Shown here piece after piece: positions 18,735 to 30,073 of a stretch of 64,000 nucleotides of DNA. Within the stretch, counting starts at the first letter, position 1; each line of letters opens with the position of its first letter. This DNA is from Chitinophagaceae bacterium (GTDB taxonomy: Bacteria > Bacteroidota > Bacteroidia > Chitinophagales > Chitinophagaceae). The position numbers and the translations under genes are program-made. Location of the stretch: assembly GCA_049425065.1 (NCBI GenBank), contig JBMSWW010000001.1:954-64953 (forward strand). Direction: 5' to 3'. The notes under the pieces were generated by a model, which searched no databases, was not told the origin of the DNA, and worked only from the letters and a program-made list of their open reading frames with translations.

Positions 18735-21050
18735 ATGTGGCAACGGCTCGGTCATTTTATTTTACGATTCAGAGTTCCTTTGCTCATTGTCCTTCTACTT
18801 ATCACCGCATTTATGGGCTATCAGGCCAGTAAAGTGGAGTTGAGCTATGAATTTACACGAGCTATTCCTTTAGACAATCCCAAATACAAAGCGTACCAAG
18901 CCTTCCGGGCTAGGTTTGGAGAAGATGGAAATTTGCTGGTATTAGGAATACAAACAGATAGCTTTTTTCAACTGGAAAAATTCAAGCAATTTGTTGCATT
19001 GCAGGATACTCTGAAAAATGTTACGGGCGTAGAGAATATACTTTCAGTGCCCGGCGCTGTTAATTTGATTAAGGACTCCGCCACTGAAAAATTAAAAGTT
19101 CAACCCATTTTTGAATTAAAAAATTTAACTCAATCTTCCTTGGACAGCAGTGCCGCTGTCCTCTCCACCCTCCCTTTCTACCAAGGACTTCTTTACAATC
19201 CCCATACCCGGGTATATATGATGGGATTACAGATCAACAAAGAGCTGATGAATTCCAAGAGAAGAGAAGCAGTGGTAAAGAAGATCGAGGACCTCACTGA
19301 CGCCTACACAGCTACCACTGGAATCATGGTGCATAAAAGTGGATTACCCTATATCAGAAGCAAAGTAGCGGTAATGATCCAAGATGAGATGAAATTCTTC
19401 TTATTGGCATCCGTGGTGTTGTCGGCCTTAATCTTATTGGCTTTTTTCCGTTCGATGAGTGCCATGTGGCTCTCCATCATTGTAGTGGGGATTGGCGTAG
19501 TATGGAGTGTGGGCACCTTGCAATTATTCGGCTATAAAATAAGTTTACTCACTGCGCTAATTCCACCGCTAGTAGTTGTAATTGGCATCCCTAACTGTAT
19601 TTACTTTCTCAACAAATTCCATGTGGCCTGGAATCAGTATGGCGACAAACAAAAAGCCTTAGTAATGATGGTCGATAAGATGGGGATCGTTACCCTATTT
19701 TGCAATGTGGCTGCCGCCATTGGATTTGCCGTATTTGCTCTCACCAGCAGTGAGATTTTGAAAGAGTTTGGCCTAGTAGCAGGTATCAATATCATGGCCC
19801 TATTTTTTATTTCGTTGATTTTTATTCCTGTAGTGTTAAGCTTTTTACCAGCGCCCAAACAACGGCATACGAAATACCTGAACAATCCTCTCTTAAATAG
19901 CTGGCTAGTCCGATTAGAAAAATGGTCCTTACACCACAAAACGTTCATCTATGCCAGCACAACAATCATATTAGTGATTGCCATTGCAGGATTATTCAGA
20001 TTGCGGAGTGAAGCCTTCATTGTTGATGATCTACCTAAATCAAATGTTGTCTATACAGATCTTAAGTTTTTTGAGACGCATTTCAAAGGGGTAATGCCAT
20101 TGGAAATTGTGGTAGACACCAAAAAGAAACAAGGCGTTACCAGAAAGCTGAGCAACTTAGAGGGTATAGATTCTTTATCACGCTATATAGGCACTATTCC
20201 GGGGATTGCTCGGCCTATGAGCATTGCTGAAGGATTAAAATTTGCAAGACAAGCTTTCTTTGAAGGAGACCCTGGTAGTTATTCCTTACCCTCCGCATAT
20301 GACCTACCCGCACTGGCCCAGTATTTAAATTTCAAAGATAGTTCAGGAAATAAAAATGCATTTTCAAAACTGGTTGGGTCTTTTATGGATAGCAGTAGAC
20401 AACAAGCTAGGATCAGTGTGAACATGGCAGACATTGGAAGCTATCGCTTGCCAGGATTGTTGGATAGTATTCAACAGCAATCTGGAGAAATCTTTAATAA
20501 CGCCGATGTTGAACTCACGGGTACTAGCGTCACCTTCCTGGAAGGAAGTCGTTTTATAATCAGCGGACTTAAGGATAGCATTTTCTGGGCCTTTTTACTG
20601 ATCAGTGCCTGCATGCTCTATCTATTTCAGTCGGTACGTATTTTATTCAGTTCGCTGATCCCCAATGTTATCCCTTTAGTGATCACCGCCGGCGTAATGG
20701 GATGGACAGGAGTTCCTTTAAAACCCTCTACCGTATTGGTGTTTAGTGTAGCGCTGGGAATTGCCATTGATGTAACCATTCGATTTCTCGTTAATTACAA
20801 ACAAGAATTGCCCAATAATAATCATGACATTGAAAAAACAGTCATTCAAACTATCTATAGTACTGGCATCAGTATTATTTATACTTCTTTGGTATTAATT
20901 GCCGGATTTGTTATTTTTTGTTTCAGTGAATTTGGCGGAACCATGGCACTGGGATGGCTCACTTCGCTTACACTGGTGATTGCTACGCTTACGAATCTTG
21001 TTTTGCTGCCGGCGATCCTGCTGACAATAGGTAAGAAGAATAAAAGATGA
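18735..21050 (+). CDS. MMPL/RND-family transporter
   Basis: Two-fold repeated TM plus periplasmic architecture, GIAIDVTI motif. Likely start MWQRL at 18735. Confidence 0.88.
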   Translation: MWQRLGHFILRFRVPLLIVLLLITAFMGYQASKVELSYEFTRAIPLDNPKYKAYQAFRARFGEDGNLLVLGIQTDSFFQLEKFKQFVALQDTLKNVTGVENILSVPGAVNLIKDSATEKLKVQPIFELKNLTQSSLDSSAAVLSTLPFYQGLLYNPHTRVYMMGLQINKELMNSKRREAVVKKIEDLTDAYTATTGIMVHKSGLPYIRSKVAVMIQDEMKFFLLASVVLSALILLAFFRSMSAMWLSIIVVGIGVVWSVGTLQLFGYKISLLTALIPPLVVVIGIPNCIYFLNKFHVAWNQYGDKQKALVMMVDKMGIVTLFCNVAAAIGFAVFALTSSEILKEFGLVAGINIMALFFISLIFIPVVLSFLPAPKQRHTKYLNNPLLNSWLVRLEKWSLHHKTFIYASTTIILVIAIAGLFRLRSEAFIVDDLPKSNVVYTDLKFFETHFKGVMPLEIVVDTKKKQGVTRKLSNLEGIDSLSRYIGTIPGIARPMSIAEGLKFARQAFFEGDPGSYSLPSAYDLPALAQYLNFKDSSGNKNAFSKLVGSFMDSSRQQARISVNMADIGSYRLPGLLDSIQQQSGEIFNNADVELTGTSVTFLEGSRFIISGLKDSIFWAFLLISACMLYLFQSVRILFSSLIPNVIPLVITAGVMGWTGVPLKPSTVLVFSVALGIAIDVTIRFLVNYKQELPNNNHDIEKTVIQTIYSTGISIIYTSLVLIAGFVIFCFSEFGGTMALGWLTSLTLVIATLTNLVLLPAILLTIGKKNKR

Positions 21051-21083
21051 TACGGCTATCTTTGCGCGGATTAATTATCTCCT

Positions 21084-22094
21084 TTGGAAAAAAGCAATTT
21101 TGTAGACCAGATTCGAATCTATTGTCGTAGCGGCCACGGGGGTGCAGGCAATAAGCATTTTATGCGCAATAAATTCACGGCTCTCGGGGGACCCGACGGA
21201 GGAGATGGAGGCCGTGGAGCCCATATCATCTTGAAGGGGAATCGTAATCTTTGGACCTTATTGCACCTTCGCTATTACAAAAACGTATTAGCAGAAGACG
21301 GAGAAAAAGGAGGTGCTAATAATTGTCATGGTAGAGACGGAAAAGATATCATTATAGAAGTTCCATTAGGAACTATTGCAAGGGACGAAGAAACAGGTGA
21401 TAAAGAAGTAGAAATCCTGGAAGATGGACAGGAAGTAGTTTGGATGCCGGGAGGAAAAGGAGGACTCGGCAATTCTCATTTTGCTACTCCTACTAACCAA
21501 GCCCCCGAATATGCGCAACCTGGTTTACCCGGCATAGAGGGATGGAAGATATTAGAATTAAAAGTTCTCGCTGATGTTGGACTCGTAGGTTTTCCCAATG
21601 CGGGCAAGTCCACCTTGCTCTCTGTAATTACTGCCGCCAAACCCAAAATTGCCGACTACGCTTTTACTACCCTTACGCCCAACTTGGGCATGGTAGAATA
21701 TCGCAACGGTCGCAGTTTTTGTATGGCTGATCTGCCCGGTATCATTGAAGGAGCGGCAGAGGGAAAAGGATTAGGACATCGTTTTCTAAGACATATTGAG
21801 CGTAATGCGGCCTTGCTTTTCTTAATTCCGGCAGATAGCAATGATCATGCAAAAGAATACGAGATTCTGGTCAATGAATTGGAACAGTACAATCCTGAAT
21901 TATTGCATAAACAATTCGTGATTGCCATCAGCAAAAGCGATATGCTGGATGAAGAACTAAAAGCGGCGATTGAAAAAGAATTACCCAAAGAAATTCCTCA
22001 TCTTTTTATTTCTTCTGTAACACAAAAAGGCTTAACGGAATTAAAAGACTTGCTCTGGAAGATTCTTAATGAACCGATGCAGGAAAATCAATAA
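21084..22094 (+). CDS. obgE: GTPase ObgE/CgtA
   Basis: FVDQ, Gly-rich [26 protein letters not shown] and DLPG motifs. Confidence 0.97.
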   Translation: MEKSNFVDQIRIYCRSGHGGAGNKHFMRNKFTALGGPDGGDGGRGAHIILKGNRNLWTLLHLRYYKNVLAEDGEKGGANNCHGRDGKDIIIEVPLGTIARDEETGDKEVEILEDGQEVVWMPGGKGGLGNSHFATPTNQAPEYAQPGLPGIEGWKILELKVLADVGLVGFPNAGKSTLLSVITAAKPKIADYAFTTLTPNLGMVEYRNGRSFCMADLPGIIEGAAEGKGLGHRFLRHIERNAALLFLIPADSNDHAKEYEILVNELEQYNPELLHKQFVIAISKSDMLDEELKAAIEKELPKEIPHLFISSVTQKGLTELKDLLWKILNEPMQENQ

Positions 22095-22101
22095 TAAACT
22101 C

Positions 22102-23445
22102 TCAATAGCTACGCCCTACCGTATCGCAGGCAGCTTTCAGCAATGAATTTCCATCAGGAGCGTCTTGCCACTTTTCCCATAACATAATGCCACCAGCAAT
22201 GTCTTTCGCTAATTTGGCTTTTCGCTTAATAGTGTATTGCCCATTGTAATAGATGGTATAGTTAGAAAAACCACCGGAGCTTACCACGGCAGAATCCAAC
22301 TGAGAATTTCCGCCTTGAGAGAGAATACTTCTATAGGAAAGCACCGTATTAGATTGTGTAATGCCTGAAGGACGACCATAGCCAGGCAATCCCAACACGG
22401 CCTTCGCGGCGGGCATGTCACGAGTAGTTAACCAATAATTGAGACAAACTGTAGCGAGTGTATAATCACTATGGTGACGATAGGGAGTGCTGGTACTAAA
22501 ATCGTCATACGCCATGATATTGAAAAAGTCTACCACAGGGAAAATTTCATTGCGAATCGCATCGCGAATACCTCCGGCATATTTACCCGCGGTCACTGCG
22601 CATGACAGGTAGTAAGCCGCATCACGATGAAGTGAATCAGACAACTCTTTGATCAGCGAAGTAAACGTAATATCTGATCCATCAGAAGTGGAAGGAAATT
22701 CCCAATCCACATCTACCCCATGTAATTGTTGTGATCTTACTACATTCATTACTTGTTTAATAAAATTGGTACGTCCCGATTGGGTGGAGGCCATGTTTTT
22801 AAAGTTGGTTTTGCCGTCGCCACTGCCATCATTGATTCCTAATAATATTTTAGCATTATTAGACTTGGCTTTGGTAGCCACAGCGGTTAAGCTTGCTACC
22901 GGAGAGCTAGGCGCCACTAAAGAACCAGAAGCATTTACCTGATAAAATGAATACACTACCACATTCGTCATCCTGAATTTTATGTCAGGAACATCCGCCA
23001 AGCTTCGGTACGAGGGAAAATAGCCCACCACATAGTAACCCAAGGATGCGGGTGCATTGATTACGATATAGGTAAAAGTTCGCTCGGTGGCTGAGCAGGA
23101 CGTAGCAGCGCCTGCCGTATTTTTCGGAATCACATACCAGTAATAAGTAATATTAGGAGTGGAAGGAATCGTATGCGTATATGTAGTACCATTCACCGCT
23201 GTGGCAATGGCTGTGGTGGGTGAAGAGCTAGTTCCCAAATAAACATCATAGGTACTCGCCCCTGTTACACCAGACCAAGTCAATACCACAGAGGTACTGG
23301 TTACAAAACTACCCCCAACTGGACTTATAATAGACGCACAACCAGGCAAGGTAGGCGTTGGAGAGGGAGCAGGACTATCTTTCTTACTACAAGTGGCCAT
23401 CAATAATAGTATAGAGGCCGTAGTAAAGAGGTGAAGCAGTTTCAT
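22102..23445 (-). CDS. GH18 chitinase-like lipoprotein with an N-terminal Fn3-like domain
   Basis: Lipobox MATC, Pro-rich linker, Fn3-like LTWS..YDVY..YYWYV, catalytic GVDVDWEFP (DxDxE), NIMAYD and GGIMLWE. Confidence 0.88.
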   Translation of the reverse strand: MKLLHLFTTASILLLMATCSKKDSPAPSPTPTLPGCASIISPVGGSFVTSTSVVLTWSGVTGASTYDVYLGTSSSPTTAIATAVNGTTYTHTIPSTPNITYYWYVIPKNTAGAATSCSATERTFTYIVINAPASLGYYVVGYFPSYRSLADVPDIKFRMTNVVVYSFYQVNASGSLVAPSSPVASLTAVATKAKSNNAKILLGINDGSGDGKTNFKNMASTQSGRTNFIKQVMNVVRSQQLHGVDVDWEFPSTSDGSDITFTSLIKELSDSLHRDAAYYLSCAVTAGKYAGGIRDAIRNEIFPVVDFFNIMAYDDFSTSTPYRHHSDYTLATVCLNYWLTTRDMPAAKAVLGLPGYGRPSGITQSNTVLSYRSILSQGGNSQLDSAVVSSGGFSNYTIYYNGQYTIKRKAKLAKDIAGGIMLWEKWQDAPDGNSLLKAACDTVGRSY

Positions 23446-23536
23446 ACACAGGTTTGGTAATTCAAGATAAGGAATTGAGCGAGATCAGGTTGGCGCAAAG
23501 AGCTTTTTCGTAGGTTTGTCTCCTAAATTTTTATAC

Positions 23537-25702
23537 ATGAGAAAGTTTTTGCTCTCGTTTGTACTTGTAATCACATTTGCCGGCCGTATCCTGGCTGATG
23601 AAGGAATGTGGCTTCCCCTTTTATTAGGCCAACAAGTTTATAATGACATGGTGAAAAAAGGATTGAAGCTAACTAAAGAGCAGTTATACCAAATTAATAA
23701 GCCCTCACTTAAAGATGCCATCATCATTTTTGGGGGAGGATGCACCGGAGAAATTGTAAGTTCAAAAGGATTAATCTTCACTAACCACCATTGCGGTTAC
23801 GATGCCATTGCTTCTGCTAGTAGTGTAGAAAAAAACCATTTGAAAGACGGATTTTATGCAAAGACGTTAGAAGAGGAAATTGCTACTTCGCTGTCAGTAC
23901 AGTTTCTCTTACGTATAGAGGATATAACTAAGGAAGTAATGGATTCTTTGAAAGGACTCAGCGGTACAGAACGCCTGCAAAAGCAAGCACAGGTGCTGGC
24001 TGCTATCAATAAAAGAATGAGCAACTCGGAGGAAAATATTGAAACACGCGTAAGCTCTTTATTTAAAGGAAACCAATTTTTAGCGTTCGTGTATCAACGT
24101 TATAACGATATCCGGTTAGTAGGAACACCTCCTGAGAGTGTTGGAAAATTTGGAGGAGATACTGATAACTGGGAATGGCCACGCCATACCGGAGATTTTT
24201 CTGTATTCAGAGTCTACACAGATGTGAATGGAAAGCCTGCAAAGTTTAATAAAAACAATGTCCCCCTAAAACCCAAGTGGTATTTGCCTGTTTCCTTGAA
24301 GCCTTTGAAAGACGGAGACTTTGCTATGATCTGGGGTTATCCTGGAAGCACCAATCGCTATGAGAGTTCTTATGGTATCAAGTTAGCTACCGATATCAAC
24401 AACCCTACATTGGTGAAGTTGCGTGATGTCCGCCTTAAGTATATGTTTGAGGAAATGAAAAATGATCCTGCGGTTAAACTACAATTGGCTTCTTCTTATG
24501 CTGGAATTGCTAACTACTGGAAGTTTTTTGACGGAGAAACTAAGCAATTACTGAAGTATGATGTGTATGGACAGAAATTAAAGTTTGAACAAAACTTCAA
24601 CCAGTGGGCGAATGGTAAAGGAGAATACCAGTCTCTATTAGCAGACTGGGGCAAAGCCTATGATGCTTGGAGACCTTATGCAAAGCACCAGGTGTACATG
24701 AGAGAAGGTGTCTTAGGATCTCCGCTGATTGCTTTTGCTTCTTCCCTACTATCCCTGGAGGCCGCGTTAGTAAAACCGACTGCCACTGCTGCTGAGGTTA
24801 AGAAAGCGGCTGAGAATGCTAACAAAGCCCGCAAAGGATTTTTAGAAAGCGAGAATAAAATTTCGGATCAAAAAATCCTAGCCGCCACCACAAAAATGTA
24901 CTATGAGGATGTTGACCAATCTCAGCATCCCGTTACCTTCTATCCCACGTTAAAAAACCAATTTGGCGCCCTGAACAATGAAAACACTTACCAACAATAT
25001 GCATCCCATGTATTTTCAAAGACAATGATCTTCGATGACGAAAAATGGAATTCGTTTATGGCGAAACCCGACGCAGCGGTACTACAAGAAGATCCTGCCT
25101 TTGCCCACGCAAGTACATTCATAAAAAACTATAACTCGAAGTATGGCGTTCTTTCTCAACAGTTCAATGCAAAGAATGCAGAATTTGGACGGCTGTACTT
25201 AAAAGGTGTCATTGAAATGGATACGATAAAAGCTAAGAAAATGTATCCAGATGCTACTTTCACCATGCGTGTTAGTTACGGAAATGTAAAGAGCTATCAA
25301 CCCCGTGATGCGGTGAAATATGACTACGTAACTACTTCACGTGGATTATTAGAAAAATACAAGGCGGGTGATTATGAATTTGACCTGCCTGCAAATCAAA
25401 TCGATTTGATCCGCAAAAAAGAATTCGGACAATACATGGATCCTACCCGCAAAGACTTGGTGATTGGATTTATTACTACCAATGATATCACTGGGGGTAA
25501 TTCTGGATCACCTGTTTTAAATAACAAAGGAGAATTGATCGGGTTAGCTTTTGATGGAAACTACGAAGCCTTAAGCCATAAGCTAGCATTTGATAAAGAC
25601 CTCAACCGCACTATTTGTGTTGACATTCGTTATGTGTTGTGGTGTATTGATAAATTAGGAGGCGCTTCTCACCTGATCAACGAATTAACCTTAGCCAGAT
25701 AA
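23537..25702 (+). CDS. S46 family dipeptidyl peptidase (DPP7/DPP11-like)
   Basis: ADEGMW, TNHHCG, DNWEWPRHTGDF and DITGGNSGSP motifs. Likely start MRKFLL at 23537. Confidence 0.94.
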   Translation: MRKFLLSFVLVITFAGRILADEGMWLPLLLGQQVYNDMVKKGLKLTKEQLYQINKPSLKDAIIIFGGGCTGEIVSSKGLIFTNHHCGYDAIASASSVEKNHLKDGFYAKTLEEEIATSLSVQFLLRIEDITKEVMDSLKGLSGTERLQKQAQVLAAINKRMSNSEENIETRVSSLFKGNQFLAFVYQRYNDIRLVGTPPESVGKFGGDTDNWEWPRHTGDFSVFRVYTDVNGKPAKFNKNNVPLKPKWYLPVSLKPLKDGDFAMIWGYPGSTNRYESSYGIKLATDINNPTLVKLRDVRLKYMFEEMKNDPAVKLQLASSYAGIANYWKFFDGETKQLLKYDVYGQKLKFEQNFNQWANGKGEYQSLLADWGKAYDAWRPYAKHQVYMREGVLGSPLIAFASSLLSLEAALVKPTATAAEVKKAAENANKARKGFLESENKISDQKILAATTKMYYEDVDQSQHPVTFYPTLKNQFGALNNENTYQQYASHVFSKTMIFDDEKWNSFMAKPDAAVLQEDPAFAHASTFIKNYNSKYGVLSQQFNAKNAEFGRLYLKGVIEMDTIKAKKMYPDATFTMRVSYGNVKSYQPRDAVKYDYVTTSRGLLEKYKAGDYEFDLPANQIDLIRKKEFGQYMDPTRKDLVIGFITTNDITGGNSGSPVLNNKGELIGLAFDGNYEALSHKLAFDKDLNRTICVDIRYVLWCIDKLGGASHLINELTLAR

Positions 25703-25738
25703 TTTAGTATTGAATCCTCTGCATTAATCATCTCGCCC

Positions 25739-26845
25739 ATGAGAATTACTAAAATCAGCTTATACAAACTTTGTATTCCGCTGAAAGAGCCCTTTATTAC
25801 TTCTCTTGGGCAGGATAACGATGCACGCAATGTGGTAGTTAAAATTGAAACCGACCAAGGTATCACCGGATTTGGGGAGTGTAGTCCTTACATGCCCATC
25901 AATGGAGAAAGCCAGGACACCTGTTATGGAGTGGGACAGTATTTTGCAAAAACCCTTCTTGGAAAAGATCCGCTTGATATTCCGGCTTGCCTTCAGCTCA
26001 TGGATGCCGTGATCTATGCCAATAACAGTATCAAAAGCGCGTTTGACATAGCCCTATACGATATCGCTGCACAGCATGCTAAACAACCCCTTTGGCAATT
26101 TATTGGTGGGACCAACGATAAAACAATTGTCACTGACTACACCGTTAGCATCGGAGAGCCACAAAAAATGGCGGATGATGCACTACACATTCTTTCACAG
26201 GGTTACCCTGCTATTAAAGTAAAGCTGGGTAAAAATGGAAAGAAAGATGTGGAGCGCATGAAAGCTATTCGTGAAGCAGTAGGAAAAGAAATTCCATTGC
26301 GCATCGATGCTAATCAAGGATGGGAAGTAGAAGAGGCCATAGTAACCCTAAATGCCTTAGCCCCTTTAGATATTCAACATTGTGAAGAACCTATTGCGCG
26401 ATGGAACTATTTACAATTACCCCGAGTACGCGAAAAAAGTCCCATCCCCATTATGGCAGATGAGTCATGCGGAGATGATCATGATGCGGCCCGCTTGATT
26501 GCCATCAATGCCTGTCAATACTTCAATATCAAGTTAGGAAAAACAGGAGGTATTAACCGCGGGCTAAAAATTGTACGTTTGGCAGAAGAAGCTGGCATTC
26601 ATTTGCAAGTTGGTGCCATGATCGAATCCAGATTGGCGATGACGGCTTTCGCACATTTTGCATTGAGCAGCCCCTTGATTGTACATTTCGATTTCGATAC
26701 CGCACTCATGTTCAAGGAAGATCCTGTGAACGGAGGTATTGTATATGAAAAAAATGGAGTGGTAATCGTACCTGATAGTCTTGGGTTAGGAGCTTCTATC
26801 GACTCAATATGGCTAGACAAAATGGAGCAAACGCATTTTCAATAA
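25739..26845 (+). CDS. Enolase-superfamily dipeptide epimerase (L-Ala-D/L-Glu epimerase-like)
   Basis: KVKLG, RIDANQG, EEP, ADES, NIKLGK and DFD motifs. Confidence 0.87.
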   Translation: MRITKISLYKLCIPLKEPFITSLGQDNDARNVVVKIETDQGITGFGECSPYMPINGESQDTCYGVGQYFAKTLLGKDPLDIPACLQLMDAVIYANNSIKSAFDIALYDIAAQHAKQPLWQFIGGTNDKTIVTDYTVSIGEPQKMADDALHILSQGYPAIKVKLGKNGKKDVERMKAIREAVGKEIPLRIDANQGWEVEEAIVTLNALAPLDIQHCEEPIARWNYLQLPRVREKSPIPIMADESCGDDHDAARLIAINACQYFNIKLGKTGGINRGLKIVRLAEEAGIHLQVGAMIESRLAMTAFAHFALSSPLIVHFDFDTALMFKEDPVNGGIVYEKNGVVIVPDSLGLGASIDSIWLDKMEQTHFQ

Positions 26846-26852
26846 AAATCGG

Positions 26853-28358
26853 CTACTCAATCGTCCAACTCATTCCACCACCCTTCTCATCCTTCAGCTG
26901 AATTCCCATAGTAGCAAGACGATCACGAATCTTATCAGAAGTAGCAAAATCTTTTTTGCCTTTGGCTTCCTTACGAATGTCGATGAGCAATTCCATCACA
27001 TGCTGCAGTTTACTATTATCAGCCTCTGTAACAGAGCGAAGGCCTAGAATTTCCTCTAACCATAATTGTAAACTATCTTGTAAATGCTGTAAGGTGACCA
27101 TTGAAACAGCCCTTTTTGGAGTAATACCATCCTTAATGGAATTAATAACGGGAACTAATTCAAAAATATTAGCGAGTACTTTAGCGGTACTAAAGTCATC
27201 GTTCATAAAAGTGGGGAGTTCCTCTACTAATTGTTTGATCTTGGCTTCCAAACTAGCATCTTGCCCACCTTCACCGGGAGCCCCTATGGCAACTATATCC
27301 AACTTCTTTAAACCTTCATAGGCGTCCCACATTCTGCGTAATCCTTTCTCCGCCGCCTGTAACGCTTCATTGCTAAAATCAAGCGTACTGCTATAATGCG
27401 TTTGTAATATGAAAAAACGCACCGTCATAGGATGATAAGGCTTCGCTAACAACTCGTGGGCACCGCTGAATAATTCAGTTAGCTTGATCACATTGTTATA
27501 ACTCTTCCCCATCTTACGACCATTGATCGTAATCATGTTATTGTGTATCCAATAACGAACAGGTGCTTTATGATTACAGATGGTACTCTGGGCTATTTCA
27601 CTTTCATGATGAGGGAATAAAAGATCCATGCCACCCCCGTGAATATCAAATTGTGGACCCAGATATTTAGTAGCCATGGCCGAGCATTCAATATGCCAGC
27701 CAGGATATCCTACGCCCCAGGGACTTTGCCAGCGCATAATATGTTCCGGAGCGGCAGCCTTCCACAAAGCAAAATCAGCTCGATCCTTTTTTTCATCCTG
27801 TCCCTCCAACTCGCGAGTAGTAGTTAATAATTCATCAATCACACGACCGCTTAATTTACCATACTCATGCGTAGCGGCGTATTTTTTTACATCGAAGTAA
27901 ACAGAACCATTGATTTCATAAGCATACCCTGCGTTGATAATCTCTTGGATCATCCCAATCTGTTCTACAATATGACCCGTAGCCGTAGGCTCAATAGAAG
28001 GCCTAAGTGTATTAAACTGCTCCATGGCCCAATGGAAAAGCACAGTATACTTCTGCACTAATTCCATCGGCTCCAGTTTTTCCAACTGGGCCTTCTCGGC
28101 AATTTTATCAGTAGCCGCACGTCCTTCTTCTTCAAAATGACCTGCATCAGTAATGTTGCGCACGTAGCGTACTTTATAGCCCAGGTGTTGCAGGTAACGA
28201 TAGATTACATCAAATGTAACATAAGGTCTTGCATGACCTAAATGACTTTCGCCACTAACAGTTGGCCCGCATACATACATTCCTACGTGTCCGGGTATCA
28301 GTGCTACAAATTCTTCTTTTTGACGAGTCAGTGAGTTATAGATACGAAGCGGCTGCAT
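26853..28358 (-). CDS. cysS: Cysteine--tRNA ligase
   Basis: YVCGPTV, HLGH, PGWHIECSAM, DIHGGGMDL and KMGKS motifs. Confidence 0.97.
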   Translation of the reverse strand: MQPLRIYNSLTRQKEEFVALIPGHVGMYVCGPTVSGESHLGHARPYVTFDVIYRYLQHLGYKVRYVRNITDAGHFEEEGRAATDKIAEKAQLEKLEPMELVQKYTVLFHWAMEQFNTLRPSIEPTATGHIVEQIGMIQEIINAGYAYEINGSVYFDVKKYAATHEYGKLSGRVIDELLTTTRELEGQDEKKDRADFALWKAAAPEHIMRWQSPWGVGYPGWHIECSAMATKYLGPQFDIHGGGMDLLFPHHESEIAQSTICNHKAPVRYWIHNNMITINGRKMGKSYNNVIKLTELFSGAHELLAKPYHPMTVRFFILQTHYSSTLDFSNEALQAAEKGLRRMWDAYEGLKKLDIVAIGAPGEGGQDASLEAKIKQLVEELPTFMNDDFSTAKVLANIFELVPVINSIKDGITPKRAVSMVTLQHLQDSLQLWLEEILGLRSVTEADNSKLQHVMELLIDIRKEAKGKKDFATSDKIRDRLATMGIQLKDEKGGGMSWTIE

Positions 28359-28385
28359 GGCGCAAAGATGATTAAAATAAATGGA

Positions 28386-29507
28386 TTAGGGACGTGGTTG
28401 CAAATCCGCCACCAACAGATAGTGATCTGAGTAGTCTTTTCGCTCTCTCTTTAGTTGGACCACGGAGAATCGGGGGTCGGCAAAAATATAATCAATTCGC
28501 AAGGTGGGAGATAACCCTCGGAAAGTTCTTCCCAGGCCATAGCCTTTCTCTAAAAAGGCATCTTTCAAGGAACCCCTTACGGTAAAATAGGTATAAGAAT
28601 TGGGAACATCATTTAAATCGGCTGCCAACACCACAGGGTGTGGAGAGTTACTACGAACTGCCGCAATAATATCTGCTTGTTCACTGCGAATCACCATGCC
28701 AGTTTTTAACTTTCCTATAATTGGAATAGAGTGAATCCACATGCTATCCTCTCGGCTCTTAATTTTTTCCATGCGTTGATAGTCTTGCTTATCAAATCGC
28801 TGCGATTGTAAATGAGTGGTATAAACCCGGATGGTATCAGTTCCAATATCTATATCTGCTTGTAACAAGACCTCCGGCTGAGAAGGACGAGGATAGCGTA
28901 ACATGGCCGTATCTACAATGGGGTAACGCGAAAAAATCACAGAGCTGTAATAATTGCGATCTCCATCCTTATCATAGGGGAAATAGACATGCCTAAATCC
29001 CAATTGCTCCTGGATCGTTTGGATATTATTATAAAAACCGGGATTATCGGATGTATAAAATTCTTGTAAACATAGAATATCCGCTTTTTGCTCACGAATC
29101 AGCTGTAACATCTTCTTGCGCGTAACACTGCCTTGATTATTATTTCGAGCCAATTCGATAAAACGAGCCACATTCCAGCTCACCACTCGAATGGTTTCTT
29201 TTTTCTTTTTAACGACAAACTCGGAGGGGGCATTAAAAGCAATAAAAACAGCGATACTCTGATACCCTAAGGCAAGTGCTACTATAGAAATGAGTGTCAA
29301 CTTGAATTTCAACAAAAAAAGCCACCCCAATAAAAAACAGATAACCAGTAACAATAAAACAGGAAAAGTCAGCCCTATCAACGAAACCCACCACCAAGAT
29401 TGTGGATGTAACAATGGAATCAGACAGGAAAGCAAAAACAAGGCAACTACCAAAAGATTGGTATAGATAAAAAACCGTTTGGTAAATAGACGAAGCTTGC
29501 TTGCCAT
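28386..29507 (-). CDS. Membrane-anchored endonuclease/exonuclease/phosphatase (EEP) family protein
   Basis: Three N-terminal TM segments; SWNV, DILCLQE, HLQS, DLN, RIDYIF and SDH motifs. Confidence 0.9.
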   Translation of the reverse strand: MASKLRLFTKRFFIYTNLLVVALFLLSCLIPLLHPQSWWWVSLIGLTFPVLLLLVICFLLGWLFLLKFKLTLISIVALALGYQSIAVFIAFNAPSEFVVKKKKETIRVVSWNVARFIELARNNNQGSVTRKKMLQLIREQKADILCLQEFYTSDNPGFYNNIQTIQEQLGFRHVYFPYDKDGDRNYYSSVIFSRYPIVDTAMLRYPRPSQPEVLLQADIDIGTDTIRVYTTHLQSQRFDKQDYQRMEKIKSREDSMWIHSIPIIGKLKTGMVIRSEQADIIAAVRSNSPHPVVLAADLNDVPNSYTYFTVRGSLKDAFLEKGYGLGRTFRGLSPTLRIDYIFADPRFSVVQLKRERKDYSDHYLLVADLQPRP

Positions 29508-29588
29508 TTATGCAATTTAAGGAAAGGAATAACTAGCTACTTGCTTCAATTAAAGAAAGCTCGTATTTTCAAGTAATTAAAATTGACT

Positions 29589-30068
29589 ATGAGTATCGAA
29601 AAGGAATATTTCCTGCGCAGTAAGTTTATCAGCAATTTACAGAAACTGCGTCCAGATACCCCACCACAATTTGGCAGTATGAATGTGCAACAAATGGTGG
29701 AACATTTTACCTACGATTCTTTACAGACAGCCAATGGGAGAAAAGTTTTTACAGAGATCCTCACCCCAGCCCATAAACTTGAAAAAGCAAGGGCCTTTAT
29801 GCTTAGTGATATGCCATTAAAAGAAGGGGTAAAGAACCCGTTGATGAAGGAGAGTCCAGCACCTTTACAACATCATACCTTACAGGCGGCTATTAATGCT
29901 TTACAAGAAGAGCTGATTGAGTTCTTCCACTATTTTGAGCACAACCCCTATCTCACAACGCGTAATCCTTTTTTTGGAGATCTGAATTTTGAAGAAAATG
30001 TGCATCTGCTACATAAACATGCTTTGCACCATTTACGTCAATTTGGAATGACTCCGCCTTTTGTGTAA
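29589..30068 (+). CDS. DinB/YfiT-like four-helix protein
   Basis: FGSMNVQQMVEH...NPFFG...HKHALHHLRQFG His triad. Confidence 0.75.
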   Translation: MSIEKEYFLRSKFISNLQKLRPDTPPQFGSMNVQQMVEHFTYDSLQTANGRKVFTEILTPAHKLEKARAFMLSDMPLKEGVKNPLMKESPAPLQHHTLQAAINALQEELIEFFHYFEHNPYLTTRNPFFGDLNFEENVHLLHKHALHHLRQFGMTPPFV

Positions 30069-30073
30069 TAGGC

